Shown here: piece after piece, positions 21,425-33,220 of the stretch | How positions within the stretch are numbered: position 1 is the stretch's first letter | Layout: each line of letters starts with the position of its first letter | From: Escherichia coli | GTDB lineage: Bacteria; Pseudomonadota; Gammaproteobacteria; Enterobacterales; Enterobacteriaceae | Length of the DNA: 64,000 bases | Assembly: GCF_003790525.1 (NCBI RefSeq) | Contig: NZ_CP033635.1 | Direction: 5' to 3' (one strand) | Notes under the pieces: generated by a model | What the model saw: the letters and a program-made list of their open reading frames with translations, nothing else | Databases searched by the model: none | What the model was told of the DNA's origin: nothing | Made by a program: the position numbers and the translations under genes

Positions 21425-22254
21425 GAACACACCTTTTATCTTTTATCGCTGTTCAGTATGAGTGATTACCTGTGGATTCCTGAGCACACATAAGGGGTAA
21501 CCATAAACATTAGCGATGCCATACGTATAACATCCCACATCACTATCAAGAAGATTATCTTTACCTCTGATGCTCGCTCAAAAACAGTTACGCTAAATAC
21601 CTTAAAAAGGTAATCACAAGTCAAACTCAGGAGATAATCACGCAAGAATGCAATATTAAAATTCAGATACTCATTTTTGGTAATAAAGAAGTAGTTGGAC
21701 TATTTCGATATTTATAATTTCCCACTACGTATTGACGCCCATTCATGAGTAAAGGCGCATTATATGAATTTAACAATCCAGATCAACTGAAAATACCTCA
21801 ACCTCATAAACACATAGCGTCAACATTCAATGACATAATGAGTAAAGATGTTGGTTATGCATACACGTCATTACTCTATGCCTATCCCTTAACAACCTGC
21901 TTTTTAAGACTGAATCCATTCAGCAATAGATAGCCAACATTATAACAATGACAATAAAAACAATATTTAAAACAATCAATAAAATATCAGACACAGACAA
22001 TTAAACCTTAAACAACAAACGGTTACATTGATTTTAGTTGATTTGCGCTACGCGTTCCCCATGAATAAAGCGTCATTTCAAATTAGCACCAATATTTACA
22101 TTAAATAAGACTAAGCTTATTGAACATTCACAACAGTCCAAACGTAGGTTTTGGGCTTCAATAGTTCTTTTCTTTTTTATTATCTGTTGCCTGGCAATCA
22201 TCAATCGATACTAAGGGCTTAACTGTACAGATATAACGTATCAAGAGGTAAGAG

Positions 22255-22286
22255 AAACCGCGCCATATGCAGACATGGCGCGGTTT
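22255..22286 (-). terminator. Hairpin terminator downstream of betT (12-bp stem AAACCGCGCCAT/ATGGCGCGGTTT, 8-nt loop)
   Basis: Perfect inverted repeat 14 nt past betT stop. Confidence 0.5.
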
Positions 22287-22299
22287 TATGCAAAAACAA

Positions 22300-24333
22300 T
22301 CACGCGTCCGGGAACATCACGCTATGGCCCGGCGCTTCACGATGGAGATGGATAAAGTTAAGATGCCGCTCGTACTGGTCAAGAATATCGGTGATCACCT
22401 GCTCTTTGCTGTAGTCCATCAGGTCGTTGCCCTGGCTGCCTTCTAACAGGAAGGTTTCCAGCCGGTAGTAGGTCGATTTACCGCTACGTGCGCGGTAGGT
22501 AAAGCCCGGCACCGAATATTGCTGCGGCCAAATCTGATAGACAAAGTTTTGCTCTTCGCCCATATGCACCAACAAATCCAGATGCCCCAACTGTTGTCCC
22601 TCTTCCGGCGGCAGGCTTTTTAGCTCCACGTACGCGCCGCGCAACCGCAACTCCTGCGCCACTTCTTCCATTGCCGGGTAACAGACCGTCTCCATCATCT
22701 GTTTAGTGTAACGCGTGCCCGGATAATTCATCAGGCGCGAGAGACGTTTTTTCCAGCTCAGGCGATCCTGAAGCCCCAGCGGTCGCGGTGCGGTATCGCG
22801 GTTGGCACTTTCACGGCGGTAATCTTCTACCTTCAGAGATTTATACAACCCCGCCATCACGAAGAAGATCACAAAGCTGAACGGCAGGCCCATAATCACC
22901 GTGGTGTTTTGCAGCGCGGATATCCCGTTGGTCATCAGCATGCCGAGCGTCAGCAGGCCAATCGCCACCGACCAGAAGACGCGCAGCCAGCCGGGGGCGT
23001 CGCTGTTGATATCTTTAAGCTGCGAGGTGAAATTCCCCAGCACCAGCGCCCCGGAGTCCGCCGAGGTCACATAAAACAGCAGGCCAGTAATGGTGGCGAC
23101 GGAGGCGCTAAAGGTAAACGCCGGATACTGCGCCAGCAGGCTGTAGAAGCCGCGCTCCGGATGGACCATCGCTTCCTCGGCAAATGCCGCGCCGCCGTGG
23201 ATGATTTCATACAGCGCGCTATTGCCGAACACCGAGAGCCATAACAGCGTGAAGGTAAACGGAATAATCAACGTGCCCAGCACGAACTGGCGAATGGTAC
23301 GCCCACGCGAGATACGCGCCAGGAACAAGCCAACAAACGGCGACCATGCCACCCACCATGCCCAGAAGAAGAGCGTCCAGTTATTCATCCACTCAACCGG
23401 ACGGTCGAAGGCAAAACTGTTGAGCGTCATGCCCATAAAGCGATTCATATAGTCGCCAACGTTCAGCACCAGCGCATTAAGCAGGAACGAGGTGTCGCCC
23501 ATAAACAGCACGAAAAGGATCAATCCCAGCGCCAGCGCAACGTTAAGTTCCGATAACACACGAATCCCCTTATCGACACCGGAGGTGACAGAGATCGTGG
23601 CGATGATCACCGACAAGGCGATCAGTGCCGCTTTCGCCGCCATTGAATCGGGAATATCAAACAGTACGCTCAAGCCATAGTTAAGCTGCACCACACCGAT
23701 ACCGAGCGTAGTGGCAATACCGAAGATGGTGCCGATCACCGCTGCAATATCCACTGAGTGACCTATCGGCCCGTTAATCCGTTTACCGAAGATCGGGTAC
23801 AGCGCCGAGCGGATGGTGAGCGGCAAATTATAACGATAACTAAAGTATCCGAGCGCCATGCCCATCAGCGCATACATCGACCAGCCGGTTAAGCCGTAGT
23901 GAAACAGCGTCCAGACCATCGCCTGACGCGCGGCCTCAATCGTCTGACCCGCGCCTTCCGGCGGCTGCATATACTGCGTTACCGGTTCGGCTACGGAGAA
24001 GAACATCAGGTCGATACCGATCCCGGCAGCAAACAGCATCGCCGCCCAACTCAGCAGACTGAATTCCGGTTTTGATTGTTCTGGCCCGAGCTTCACCGAA
24101 CCAAAACGCGAACAAGCGATGCAGACCACAAAGACAATATAGAGCGTTGCCGCCAGCAGATAGTACCAACCGAAGGTTTTAGAGACCCAGTCCAGCGTGC
24201 GTCCAATCCACAGGGCCGAGAAGTCGCGAAACAGGATCGTTGTCAGGGAAAACAACAAAATCAGTCCGGCGGAAGTGTAAAACACCACCGGATTGATTTT
24301 GTCCTTTTCCCTGCTGTGTGAAAGGTCTGTCAT
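22300..24333 (-). CDS. betT: Choline transporter, BCCT family
   Basis: 677 aa multi-TM ORF, BCCT family, divergent from betIBA. Confidence 0.93.
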   Translation of the reverse strand: MTDLSHSREKDKINPVVFYTSAGLILLFSLTTILFRDFSALWIGRTLDWVSKTFGWYYLLAATLYIVFVVCIACSRFGSVKLGPEQSKPEFSLLSWAAMLFAAGIGIDLMFFSVAEPVTQYMQPPEGAGQTIEAARQAMVWTLFHYGLTGWSMYALMGMALGYFSYRYNLPLTIRSALYPIFGKRINGPIGHSVDIAAVIGTIFGIATTLGIGVVQLNYGLSVLFDIPDSMAAKAALIALSVIIATISVTSGVDKGIRVLSELNVALALGLILFVLFMGDTSFLLNALVLNVGDYMNRFMGMTLNSFAFDRPVEWMNNWTLFFWAWWVAWSPFVGLFLARISRGRTIRQFVLGTLIIPFTFTLLWLSVFGNSALYEIIHGGAAFAEEAMVHPERGFYSLLAQYPAFTFSASVATITGLLFYVTSADSGALVLGNFTSQLKDINSDAPGWLRVFWSVAIGLLTLGMLMTNGISALQNTTVIMGLPFSFVIFFVMAGLYKSLKVEDYRRESANRDTAPRPLGLQDRLSWKKRLSRLMNYPGTRYTKQMMETVCYPAMEEVAQELRLRGAYVELKSLPPEEGQQLGHLDLLVHMGEEQNFVYQIWPQQYSVPGFTYRARSGKSTYYRLETFLLEGSQGNDLMDYSKEQVITDILDQYERHLNFIHLHREAPGHSVMFPDA

Positions 24334-24461
24334 CCAGTATCCCCACTGTTATTGTTACCATTTAAAATCAAATTCGTAACAATTAAGACACATTTTATAT
24401 TGAACGTCCAATCAATAACCGCTTTAATAGATAAACAACGCTGATGAATGGAGTGGCGAAA

Positions 24462-25049
24462 ATGCCCAAATTGGGGATGCAGTCGATCCGGCGCAGACAA
24501 CTGATCGACGCCACGCTGGAAGCAATAAATGAAGTGGGCATGCACGATGCAACGATCGCGCAGATCGCCCGCCGTGCAGGCGTTTCTACGGGGATCATCA
24601 GCCACTATTTCAGGGACAAAAATGGTCTGCTGGAAGCAACCATGCGCGATATCACCAGTCAGCTGCGTGACGCGGTTTTGAATCGATTACATGCACTTCC
24701 GCAGGGCAGTGCAGAGCAGCGATTACAGGCGATTGTTGGCGGAAACTTCGACGAAACGCAGGTGAGCAGTGCGGCGATGAAAGCCTGGCTGGCGTTCTGG
24801 GCCAGCAGTATGCATCAGCCGATGCTCTATCGCTTGCAGCAGGTCAGTAGCCGCCGCTTATTGTCGAATCTGGTGAGCGAATTTCACCGCGAGTTACCGC
24901 GCCAACAGGCGCAGGAAGCGGGCTACGGACTTGCCGCGCTGATTGACGGATTATGGCTGCGCGCGGCACTGAGCGGCAAACCGCTGGATAAACCTCTCGC
25001 ACACTCGCTGACCCGTCACTTTATTACTCAGCATTTACCCACCGATTAA
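24462..25049 (+). CDS. betI: TetR-family repressor of bet genes
   Basis: 195 aa from [14 protein letters not shown]; TetR HTH. Confidence 0.9.
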   Translation: MPKLGMQSIRRRQLIDATLEAINEVGMHDATIAQIARRAGVSTGIISHYFRDKNGLLEATMRDITSQLRDAVLNRLHALPQGSAEQRLQAIVGGNFDETQVSSAAMKAWLAFWASSMHQPMLYRLQQVSSRRLLSNLVSEFHRELPRQQAQEAGYGLAALIDGLWLRAALSGKPLDKPLAHSLTRHFITQHLPTD

Positions 25050-25062
25050 CCGAGGAGACGTG

Positions 25063-26535
25063 ATGTCCCGAATGGCAGAACAGCAGCTTTATATACATGG
25101 TGGTTATACATCCGCCACCAGCGGTCGCACCTTCGAGACCATTAACCCGGCCAACGGTAACGTGCTGGCGACCGTGCAGGCCGCCGGGCGCGAGGATGTC
25201 GATCGCGCCGTGAAGAGTGCCCAACAGGGGCAAAAAATCTGGGCGGCGATGACCGCTATGGAACGCTCGCGTATTCTGCGTCGGGCCGTTGATATTCTAC
25301 GTGAACGCAATGACGAACTCGCAAAACTGGAAACCCTCGACACCGGAAAAGCATATTCGGAAACCTCAACCGTCGATATCGTTACCGGTGCGGACGTGCT
25401 GGAGTACTACGCCGGGCTGATCCCGGCGCTGGAAGGCAGCCAGATCCCGTTGCGTGAGACGTCATTTGTTTATACCCGCCGCGAACCGCTGGGCGTAGTG
25501 GCAGGGATTGGCGCATGGAACTACCCGATTCAGATTGCCCTGTGGAAATCCGCCCCAGCGCTGGCGGCAGGCAATGCAATGATTTTCAAACCGAGCGAAG
25601 TCACCCCGCTTACCGCGTTAAAGCTGGCCGAAATTTACAGCGAAGCGGGCCTGCCGGACGGCGTATTTAACGTGTTGCCGGGCGTGGGCGCGGAGACCGG
25701 GCAGTATCTGACCGAGCATCCGGGCATTGCCAAAGTGTCATTTACCGGCGGTGTCGCCAGCGGCAAAAAAGTGATGGCTAACTCGGCGGCTTCCTCCCTG
25801 AAAGAAGTGACCATGGAGCTGGGCGGTAAATCACCGCTGATCGTTTTTGACGATGCGGATCTCGATCTCGCCGCCGATATCGCCATGATGGCGAATTTCT
25901 TCAGCTCCGGTCAGGTGTGTACCAACGGCACCCGCGTCTTCGTTCCGGCGAAATGCAAAGCCGCATTTGAACAAAAGATTCTGGCGCGCGTTGAGCGCAT
26001 TCGCGCGGGCGACGTTTTCGATCCGCAAACTAACTTTGGCCCGCTGGTCAGCTTCCCGCATCGCGATAACGTGCTGCGTTACATCGCCAAAGGCAAAGAG
26101 GAAGGCGCGCGCGTACTGTGCGGCGGCGATGTACTGAAAGGCGATGGCTTCGATAACGGCGCATGGGTTGCACCGACCGTGTTCACCGATTGCCGCGACG
26201 AAATGACCATCGTGCGCGAAGAGATCTTCGGTCCGGTGATGTCGCTTCTCACTTATGAATCTGAGGACGAAGTGATTCGCCGCGCTAACGATACCGACTA
26301 CGGTCTGGCGGCGGGTATCGTGACGGCGGACCTGAACCTCGCGCATCGCGTCATTCATCAGCTGGAAGCGGGTATTTGCTGGATCAACACCTGGGGCGAA
26401 TCCCCGGCAGAGATGCCCGTTGGCGGCTACAAACACTCCGGCATTGGTCGCGAGAACGGCGTGATGACGCTCCAGAGTTACACCCAGGTGAAGTCCATCC
26501 AGGTTGAGATGGCTAAATTCCAGTCCATATTCTAA
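25063..26535 (+). CDS. betB: Betaine aldehyde dehydrogenase
   Basis: 490 aa aldehyde dehydrogenase (catalytic Cys in [11 protein letters not shown]). Confidence 0.93.
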   Translation: MSRMAEQQLYIHGGYTSATSGRTFETINPANGNVLATVQAAGREDVDRAVKSAQQGQKIWAAMTAMERSRILRRAVDILRERNDELAKLETLDTGKAYSETSTVDIVTGADVLEYYAGLIPALEGSQIPLRETSFVYTRREPLGVVAGIGAWNYPIQIALWKSAPALAAGNAMIFKPSEVTPLTALKLAEIYSEAGLPDGVFNVLPGVGAETGQYLTEHPGIAKVSFTGGVASGKKVMANSAASSLKEVTMELGGKSPLIVFDDADLDLAADIAMMANFFSSGQVCTNGTRVFVPAKCKAAFEQKILARVERIRAGDVFDPQTNFGPLVSFPHRDNVLRYIAKGKEEGARVLCGGDVLKGDGFDNGAWVAPTVFTDCRDEMTIVREEIFGPVMSLLTYESEDEVIRRANDTDYGLAAGIVTADLNLAHRVIHQLEAGICWINTWGESPAEMPVGGYKHSGIGRENGVMTLQSYTQVKSIQVEMAKFQSIF

Positions 26536-26548
26536 CCAGGAGGTTTAT

Positions 26549-28237
26549 TTGCAATTTGACTACATCATTATTGGTGCCGGCTCAGCCGGCAACGTCCTCG
26601 CTACCCGTCTGACTGAAGATCCGAACACAACCGTGCTGCTGCTTGAAGCAGGCGGCCCGGACTATCGCTTTGACTTCCGCACCCAGATGCCCGCCGCGCT
26701 GGCGTTCCCGCTACAGGGCAAACGCTACAACTGGGCCTATGAGACGGAACCCGAACCGTTTATGAACAACCGCCGCATGGAGTGCGGACGCGGCAAAGGT
26801 CTGGGCGGTTCATCGCTGATCAACGGCATGTGTTACATCCGTGGTAACGCGCTGGATCTCGATAACTGGGCGCAAGAACCCGGTCTGGAGAACTGGAGCT
26901 ACCTCGACTGTCTGCCCTACTACCGCAAGGCCGAGACTCGCGACGTGGGCGAGAACGACTACCACGGCGGCGACGGCCCGGTGAGCGTCACCACCTCCAA
27001 ACCCGGCGTCAATCCGCTGTTTGAAGCGATGATTGAAGCGGGCGTGCAGGCGGGCTACCCGCGCACGGACGATCTCAACGGCTATCAGCAAGAAGGTTTT
27101 GGCCCGATGGATCGCACCGTCACGCCGCATGGCCGTCGCGCCAGCACCGCGCGTGGCTATCTCGATCAGGCCAAATCGCGCTCTAACCTGACCATTCGTA
27201 CTCACGCCATGACCGATCACATCATTTTTGACGGCAAACGCGCGGTGGGCGTCGAGTGGCTGGAAGGCGACAGCACCATTCCGACCCGCGCGGCGGCGAA
27301 TAAAGAAGTGCTGTTATGTGCAGGCGCGATTGCTTCACCGCAGATCCTGCAACGCTCCGGCGTCGGCAACGCTGGACTGCTGGCGGAGTTTGATATTCCG
27401 CTGGTGCATGAATTACCTGGCGTCGGCGAAAATCTTCAGGATCACCTGGAGATGTATCTGCAATATGAGTGCAAAGAACCGGTTTCCCTCTACCCTGCCC
27501 TGCAGTGGTGGAATCAGCCGAAAATCGGTGCGGAGTGGCTGTTTGGCGGCACCGGCATTGGTGCCAGCAACCACTTTGAAGCAGGCGGATTTATTCGCAG
27601 CCGTGAGGAATTTGCGTGGCCGAATATTCAGTACCATTTCCTGCCAGTGGCGATTAACTATAACGGCTCGAACGCAGTGAAAGAGCACGGCTTCCAGTGC
27701 CACGTCGGATCGATGCGCTCGCCAAGCCGTGGGCATGTGCGGATTAAATCCCGCGCCCCGCACCAGCATCCAGCGATTCTGTTTAACTACATGTCGCACG
27801 AGCAGGACTGGCAGGAGTTCCGCGACGCAATTCGCATCACCCGGGAGATCATGCATCAACCGGCGCTGGATCAGTATCGTGGCCGCGAAATCAGCCCCGG
27901 TGTCGAATGCCAGACGGATGAGCAGCTCGATGAGTTTGTGCGTAATCACGCCGAAACCGCCTTCCACCCATGCGGTACGTGCAAAATGGGGTACGACGAG
28001 ATGTCCGTTGTGGATGGCGAAGGCCGCGTGCACGGGCTGGAAGGATTACGCGTAGTCGATGCGTCAATTATGCCGCAGATTATCACCGGCAATCTGAACG
28101 CCACGACGATTATGATTGGCGAGAAAATGGCGGATATGATTCGCGGGAAGGATGCGTTGCCGAGGAGCACGGCGGGATATTATGTGGCAAATGGGATGCC
28201 GGTGAGAGCGAAAAAAATGAGTCGTGATGTGAACTGA
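26549..28237 (+). CDS. betA: Choline dehydrogenase (GMC oxidoreductase)
   Basis: FAD-binding GxGxxG at N-terminus ([11 protein letters not shown]); probable TTG start 7 nt after AGGAGG; track ORF 26504 start overlaps betB. Confidence 0.88.
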   Translation: MQFDYIIIGAGSAGNVLATRLTEDPNTTVLLLEAGGPDYRFDFRTQMPAALAFPLQGKRYNWAYETEPEPFMNNRRMECGRGKGLGGSSLINGMCYIRGNALDLDNWAQEPGLENWSYLDCLPYYRKAETRDVGENDYHGGDGPVSVTTSKPGVNPLFEAMIEAGVQAGYPRTDDLNGYQQEGFGPMDRTVTPHGRRASTARGYLDQAKSRSNLTIRTHAMTDHIIFDGKRAVGVEWLEGDSTIPTRAAANKEVLLCAGAIASPQILQRSGVGNAGLLAEFDIPLVHELPGVGENLQDHLEMYLQYECKEPVSLYPALQWWNQPKIGAEWLFGGTGIGASNHFEAGGFIRSREEFAWPNIQYHFLPVAINYNGSNAVKEHGFQCHVGSMRSPSRGHVRIKSRAPHQHPAILFNYMSHEQDWQEFRDAIRITREIMHQPALDQYRGREISPGVECQTDEQLDEFVRNHAETAFHPCGTCKMGYDEMSVVDGEGRVHGLEGLRVVDASIMPQIITGNLNATTIMIGEKMADMIRGKDALPRSTAGYYVANGMPVRAKKMSRDVN

Positions 28238-28768
28238 CTCAGGAACCTATCAGATTGAGAGTTACCGTTCTACTATGAGGACCGAATCCTTATATAAAAC
28301 ACTGAGGTAACTCTCATGCTTCATATCCAGTATTCATGATGCTGGCTTTTTGCTGATATTTAACCCGAACATTCCTGATACAGACTATTAATTCATTTAT
28401 CTGCGGCAGATTTTATTTTCTGGATATATTATGAGTGAACAAATCAAACAGGATATCGATCTGATTGAGATTTTATTTTATCTGAAGAAAAAGGTAGATG
28501 AATACCAACAAAACTCTGGGCAGTAATAAACAGCATTCTGATAGAGAGTGCCTGTATAAAGCTGAAGTGACAATGACCGGGAAGGGAACCCGTTTTCAGG
28601 AATGGATGCCTGTCTTTTTCAATTTAAATATCCTGGCATTAGTAATGCCAGGATATTTACAGAAGAGCAGCATAACCATGACGGAACGGGGTTAAGTCAG
28701 GTTGTCCTAAACGCTATTTTCAACCTCGTATGCCTTCTTCAGGTTTATGTCCAGACTTCATATCTCTC

Positions 28769-29464
28769 TCAACAATCCTCAATAATCAGATACACCGCTT
28801 TCACCGGGCCATGAACTCCGACGACTTTGATAAGCTCAATATCCGCCGTTGAACTGGGGCCGCTAATGATGTTAATGCAGGAAGGCATTCGTTCACCGGC
28901 CTGCGCTTTCTGATGCAATTTTTCTGCGAGTTGCGCTACACGCGGCAGGATAGTGCTTTTACGCAGGATAAAAAGAGAAGATTCCGGGAGCAGGCTCAAT
29001 GAACGCCCGCGCCCGGCGGCGGAAAAAAGAACCACGCCTCCCGATTCGGTTAAACCATATTCAGCATATACGACGCCCACTTTAGCCTGCTCTGCTTGTG
29101 ATATGTTCTCAATACCTTTCGCCGGATCCCAAACAACGGCATTGCATTCCTGCTGCAAACGTTCGCTAATCCCCAATTCCTCCAGCCTCGTGTCACCGCT
29201 AATCACGATCGACTGATCTCCCAGCTCTTTACACAGACGTATTGCAGCTTCTGCGGCCTGCGCCTCGCTGGTCAGTTCACAGCGCGTCAACATAACATCG
29301 CTGGCAAACTGGATAAACGCGTCACAGCGCTGCTGTTGGTTAAGTTCGGTAAGCCGCTCGTTAGCATAGTTGTTAAGCGGCGCATCTTCTGCTTGCGGTT
29401 CAAGTCGCTGCGGGCGACCCAGTGCCTGAGCAACGTTATTCAAAAATTCGCTCCGATTATCCAT
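28769..29464 (-). CDS. ykgG: LutC-like (DUF162) lactate-utilization family protein
   Basis: 231 aa from MDNRSEF; start overlaps ykgF stop; track ORF to 29611 is an in-frame upstream extension. Confidence 0.8.
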   Translation of the reverse strand: MDNRSEFLNNVAQALGRPQRLEPQAEDAPLNNYANERLTELNQQQRCDAFIQFASDVMLTRCELTSEAQAAEAAIRLCKELGDQSIVISGDTRLEELGISERLQQECNAVVWDPAKGIENISQAEQAKVGVVYAEYGLTESGGVVLFSAAGRGRSLSLLPESSLFILRKSTILPRVAQLAEKLHQKAQAGERMPSCINIISGPSSTADIELIKVVGVHGPVKAVYLIIEDC

Positions 29465-30884
29465 TCTTTTTCTCCTGCGCCTGATGTTTCTTAAACCAAC
29501 TACGGAAACTCTCTCCGTCAGCTTCAGGAAGATCGCGTGCTTCCATCCAGTCGCTAATCGCGCCAAATTTGAGTGGTGTTTTGCCGCCATTGATAAACCA
29601 GCTTGCCGCATGAGCGCCGGCCATCATCCCGACTTTCCACAATCCTGGATGACTATTGGCATAAGCGAACATTTTTATCGCCCGTTGCTCTGCTTTTGCG
29701 GTGATCCCTTTTTCAGCCATCACCCGACGATGACGCAAAATCAGTTTTGACAGCGGAATACGCACCGGACACACGCTGTCACAAGCGGTGCATAAAGAGC
29801 AGGCGTAGGGTAAATCTTTAAAATCTTTATAGCCGCCAAGTAGCGGAGAAATCACCGCACCAATTGGCCCTGGATAAATAGAGCCATATCCATGACCGCC
29901 AATATGGCGATATGCCGGACAAGTATTCATACAAGCCCCGCAGCGAATACAGCGCAGCACATCCCGAAATTCAGAGGCCAGCACCTCAGAACGCCCGTTA
30001 TCGACAATAACCAGATGAAACTCTTCAGGACCATCAACGTGCCCCGCTTCGCGCGGTCCTGTCAGCCAGGTGTTGTATCCCGTCAAACGTGCACCAACGG
30101 CACTGCGCGCCAGCATGGTGATCAATACATCTACCTCGGCAAACGTGGGGGCAATACGCTCCATTCCCATCACTGCAATATGCGTTTTAGGCAGCGTGGT
30201 ACACATTCGCGCATTACCTTCATTGGTCACCAGGCATACCGAACCGGTCTCTGCCACCGCGAAATTACAGCCGGTAATACCTATTTCAGCACTGAGGAAA
30301 TCTTCGCGGATTTTTTGCCGGATGAATAAGGTCATTGCTTCAGGCGTTTCCGACCCCTCATAGCCCAGACGTTCGTGTAGCACCCGACGGATCTGATGGC
30401 GATCTTTATGAATTGCCGGGACCACAACATGAGAGGGCGGATCTTGATCCAGCTGGAGAATGTATTCACCCAGATCGGTTTCAATCACCTGAATGCCAGC
30501 ATCCTGCAACACATGATTGACACCAATCTCTTCGGTCACCATCGATTTAGATTTCACCACCTTCCGGGCATTTTTGCGTTGGGCAACCTGTAAAATGTAG
30601 CGGGTAGCGTCTTCTTTGGTTTTTGCAAAATAGACGTGACCGCCGTTTTGCGTCACTTTTTCTGAGAGCTGGTACAGATAAGCGTCGAGATTACTCAGAA
30701 CATGATCACGTATCTGGGCGGCCCGATCGCGCCACTCCTCCCAGTGCCCCAATTCATCGACCATTTTTTGCCGATTTGCCCCGATACGCTGCTGCGCGTT
30801 TGCCACCGCTTTGCGCATGATCGGATCTTCAATTTGCTGACGGATGCGTGTCTTAAAATCTGTATTACTGGTTTTGATCGACAT
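29457..30884 (-). CDS. ykgF: LutB-like iron-sulfur protein (4Fe-4S ferredoxin-type, DUF3390)
   Basis: 475 aa; CxxCxxC..CP cysteine clusters (CIRCGACMNTCP, CSLCTACDSVCP). Confidence 0.85.
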   Translation of the reverse strand: MSIKTSNTDFKTRIRQQIEDPIMRKAVANAQQRIGANRQKMVDELGHWEEWRDRAAQIRDHVLSNLDAYLYQLSEKVTQNGGHVYFAKTKEDATRYILQVAQRKNARKVVKSKSMVTEEIGVNHVLQDAGIQVIETDLGEYILQLDQDPPSHVVVPAIHKDRHQIRRVLHERLGYEGSETPEAMTLFIRQKIREDFLSAEIGITGCNFAVAETGSVCLVTNEGNARMCTTLPKTHIAVMGMERIAPTFAEVDVLITMLARSAVGARLTGYNTWLTGPREAGHVDGPEEFHLVIVDNGRSEVLASEFRDVLRCIRCGACMNTCPAYRHIGGHGYGSIYPGPIGAVISPLLGGYKDFKDLPYACSLCTACDSVCPVRIPLSKLILRHRRVMAEKGITAKAEQRAIKMFAYANSHPGLWKVGMMAGAHAASWFINGGKTPLKFGAISDWMEARDLPEADGESFRSWFKKHQAQEKKNG

Positions 30885-30894
30885 CTTTATATCC

Positions 30895-31614
30895 TCAGCG
30901 GCTCATCAACACTTCAGCAATATGCATCACTTTGACTTTCTGCCCTTCCCGTTGTAATCGCCCACTGATGTTCAGCAGGCAACTCACGTCAGCACCTATT
31001 AAATACTCAGGGCGGACTTCCATCAGGTGCGCAACCTTTTCTTGCACCATCTCGCCGGATATTTCGGCCATTTTAACCGAGAACGTGCCGCCAAATCCGC
31101 AGCAGGTATCCTGTTCAGCAAAGGTCAACAGCTCCAGTCCACGCACATTTTTCAGCAGCGTAAGTGGTTCGTCCTTCACCCCCAGCTTACGGGCCAGGCT
31201 ACAAGATGGGTGATACACCGCTCTCCCTTGCAAACTGGCACCTACATCGACTACCCCTAATGTATTAACAATAAAAGAGGTGAGATCCTGCATACGCGCG
31301 GCAACCTTTTCGGCACGTGATGCCCATTCAGGTTCATCCGCCAGATACGTCGGGTAACTTTTTACGGCATAGGTGCAAGAGCCAGCCGGTGAAATAATGG
31401 GATCGTCGTTATCCTCCAGTGCGGCGATCAGATTTTTCATCCCTGGAATCGCTTCTTTGATATAACCACTATTGATCGCAGGCTGACCGCAGCATCCCTG
31501 TTTCTCCGGGAAATTTACGCGACAGCCGAGTTTTTCCAGTAGCAGCACGGAGTCTCGTGCCATTCTTGATTTCAGGGCGTCACCAATACAGGTGACAAAG
31601 AAATTGACATTCAC
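30895..31614 (-). CDS. ykgE: LutA-like cysteine-rich (CCG-domain) Fe-S oxidoreductase
   Basis: 239 aa with CCG motifs (CCGQP, CCGFGG). Confidence 0.85.
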   Translation of the reverse strand: MNVNFFVTCIGDALKSRMARDSVLLLEKLGCRVNFPEKQGCCGQPAINSGYIKEAIPGMKNLIAALEDNDDPIISPAGSCTYAVKSYPTYLADEPEWASRAEKVAARMQDLTSFIVNTLGVVDVGASLQGRAVYHPSCSLARKLGVKDEPLTLLKNVRGLELLTFAEQDTCCGFGGTFSVKMAEISGEMVQEKVAHLMEVRPEYLIGADVSCLLNISGRLQREGQKVKVMHIAEVLMSR

Positions 31615-32139
31615 AACTAATACTCCATTACTTCATACCCATTTATGCCCGATGGTTCCCCCCTTCCGGGGGATCAATCATCAATAAATATGGCGTTCTT
31701 TTTTAATTGGCTAGCAACATACCACCCCTCATTTGTATGACAAATGATAATCTTTCATCTAAACTTCAAATGCAATAACTAATTTTATTTCTTTCGGCAT
31801 CGCTCACATTTTATAGGGAAATCGACGATCATTTTTGGCATAAGAAATCCATTTAAAAAGGCTACATCCCTTATACCTATTCAGAGCTACTTATTCAGGG
31901 GTTATTGAGATATACACTGATGGTGTACAAAAAAATCACCGACAATAATCACGTATCAAGTAATAGTCGGGATTTTAGTTAATTGAAGCAATTTAGTTTG
32001 CATTTTTATTTAAAAACTGAACTAGAGTCCATCAAAAAAATATATAAAGCCCAAAACCACCGTTGGAAATAGAAATAGTCGAAAGGCTCACAACTCCCGG
32101 AATGCGGATTATCTTTGCCCCGATTTCTGGCGATTTTAT

Positions 32140-32994
32140 TCAGGGTGCAAGCTGTCTGACCCTTTCCCGATATTCTCCCGGAGTACAACCAAACTCGCGG
32201 ACAAACGCCTTGTGAAAAGATGATTCACTGGCATAGCCTACTGACTCAGCGATCACCACAACAGGGAGCATTTCCCGGGAAAACATCTGGGCCGCTATTT
32301 GTAGACGCAACTTTGTTAATACAGCCAGCGGCGTGGTTCCGGAAACATCGCGGAAAAGCTGGGCAAAACTTGCCCGGGACATGTGGGCGATGCTGGCCAG
32401 CGATTCGACGGTCCAGGCGTGTCCTGGCATTTCCAGCATTTGCTGTATTACCGCACCAAGACGTGGATGCAGAAGCAAACTGAGAATGTTTTTCTCTGTA
32501 TTAACCTGTGCAATCCACTCACGCACCGCGAGGGTAAAGAATGTAGCGCAGATCTGGCTACACAGAGCATCCACTCCCGGCATTGCCGATCTGGATTCCT
32601 GTTGTAAAAACGGGATCGCCTCCCTCAGCCAGTTATATTCCACGCTATGGTTCACTGGTGCTACAAACAGCGTTTCCGGCAAAGACGTTAAAAAATAACG
32701 CGCCGAATGTTGCAGTCGAAGAGTGCCACAGACAATACAGGTCGATTCATTATCGACATGACTCAGGCGATGAGCTGAATTTTGTGGTAGCAGGACCACA
32801 TTTCCCGGGCGTAATGTAAAAATCTCTCCCGTCGGCATTTCCAGCTTCGCCGCTCCTTGCGTTAACGCATGCCAACGAATAACCGACAATTCCCCGGCAC
32901 CATGTGGAAGTTGCCAGTCACTTCCTAACACGCAATTCTTATCGATCGTTCCTTGTGGAGCGTTAAGCATCAACAAACGGCTAAGAGCATCCAT
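32140..32994 (-). CDS. rclR: AraC-family redox-sensing regulator of reactive-chlorine response
   Basis: 284 aa from MDALSRLL; C-terminal AraC HTH; divergent from rclABC. Confidence 0.8.
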   Translation of the reverse strand: MDALSRLLMLNAPQGTIDKNCVLGSDWQLPHGAGELSVIRWHALTQGAAKLEMPTGEIFTLRPGNVVLLPQNSAHRLSHVDNESTCIVCGTLRLQHSARYFLTSLPETLFVAPVNHSVEYNWLREAIPFLQQESRSAMPGVDALCSQICATFFTLAVREWIAQVNTEKNILSLLLHPRLGAVIQQMLEMPGHAWTVESLASIAHMSRASFAQLFRDVSGTTPLAVLTKLRLQIAAQMFSREMLPVVVIAESVGYASESSFHKAFVREFGCTPGEYRERVRQLAP

Positions 32995-33220
32995 ATCAGA
33001 CTCCTGAGTGGTTTTTTGATTACAAACACCAACAATCTTAGTCAATAATTAATCTAATACCATCAAATAGTTAATCATGATTTTTGTTTTGTGATTCTGA
33101 TTAAGAAAAAGAAAATACCAGACGATAAGACAAAATATCAAGCGTTGTGAAGAAATGTTATTTGCTCTTTTGCGTCTATAGTCATGATGTCAAATGAACG
33201 CGTTTCGACAGGAAATCATC

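Noticed and set aside
21745..21933. 62-aa ORF in the pdeL-betT intergenic region
   Set aside because: No Shine-Dalgarno sequence, AT-rich low-complexity codons, and it sits in a likely promoter region.
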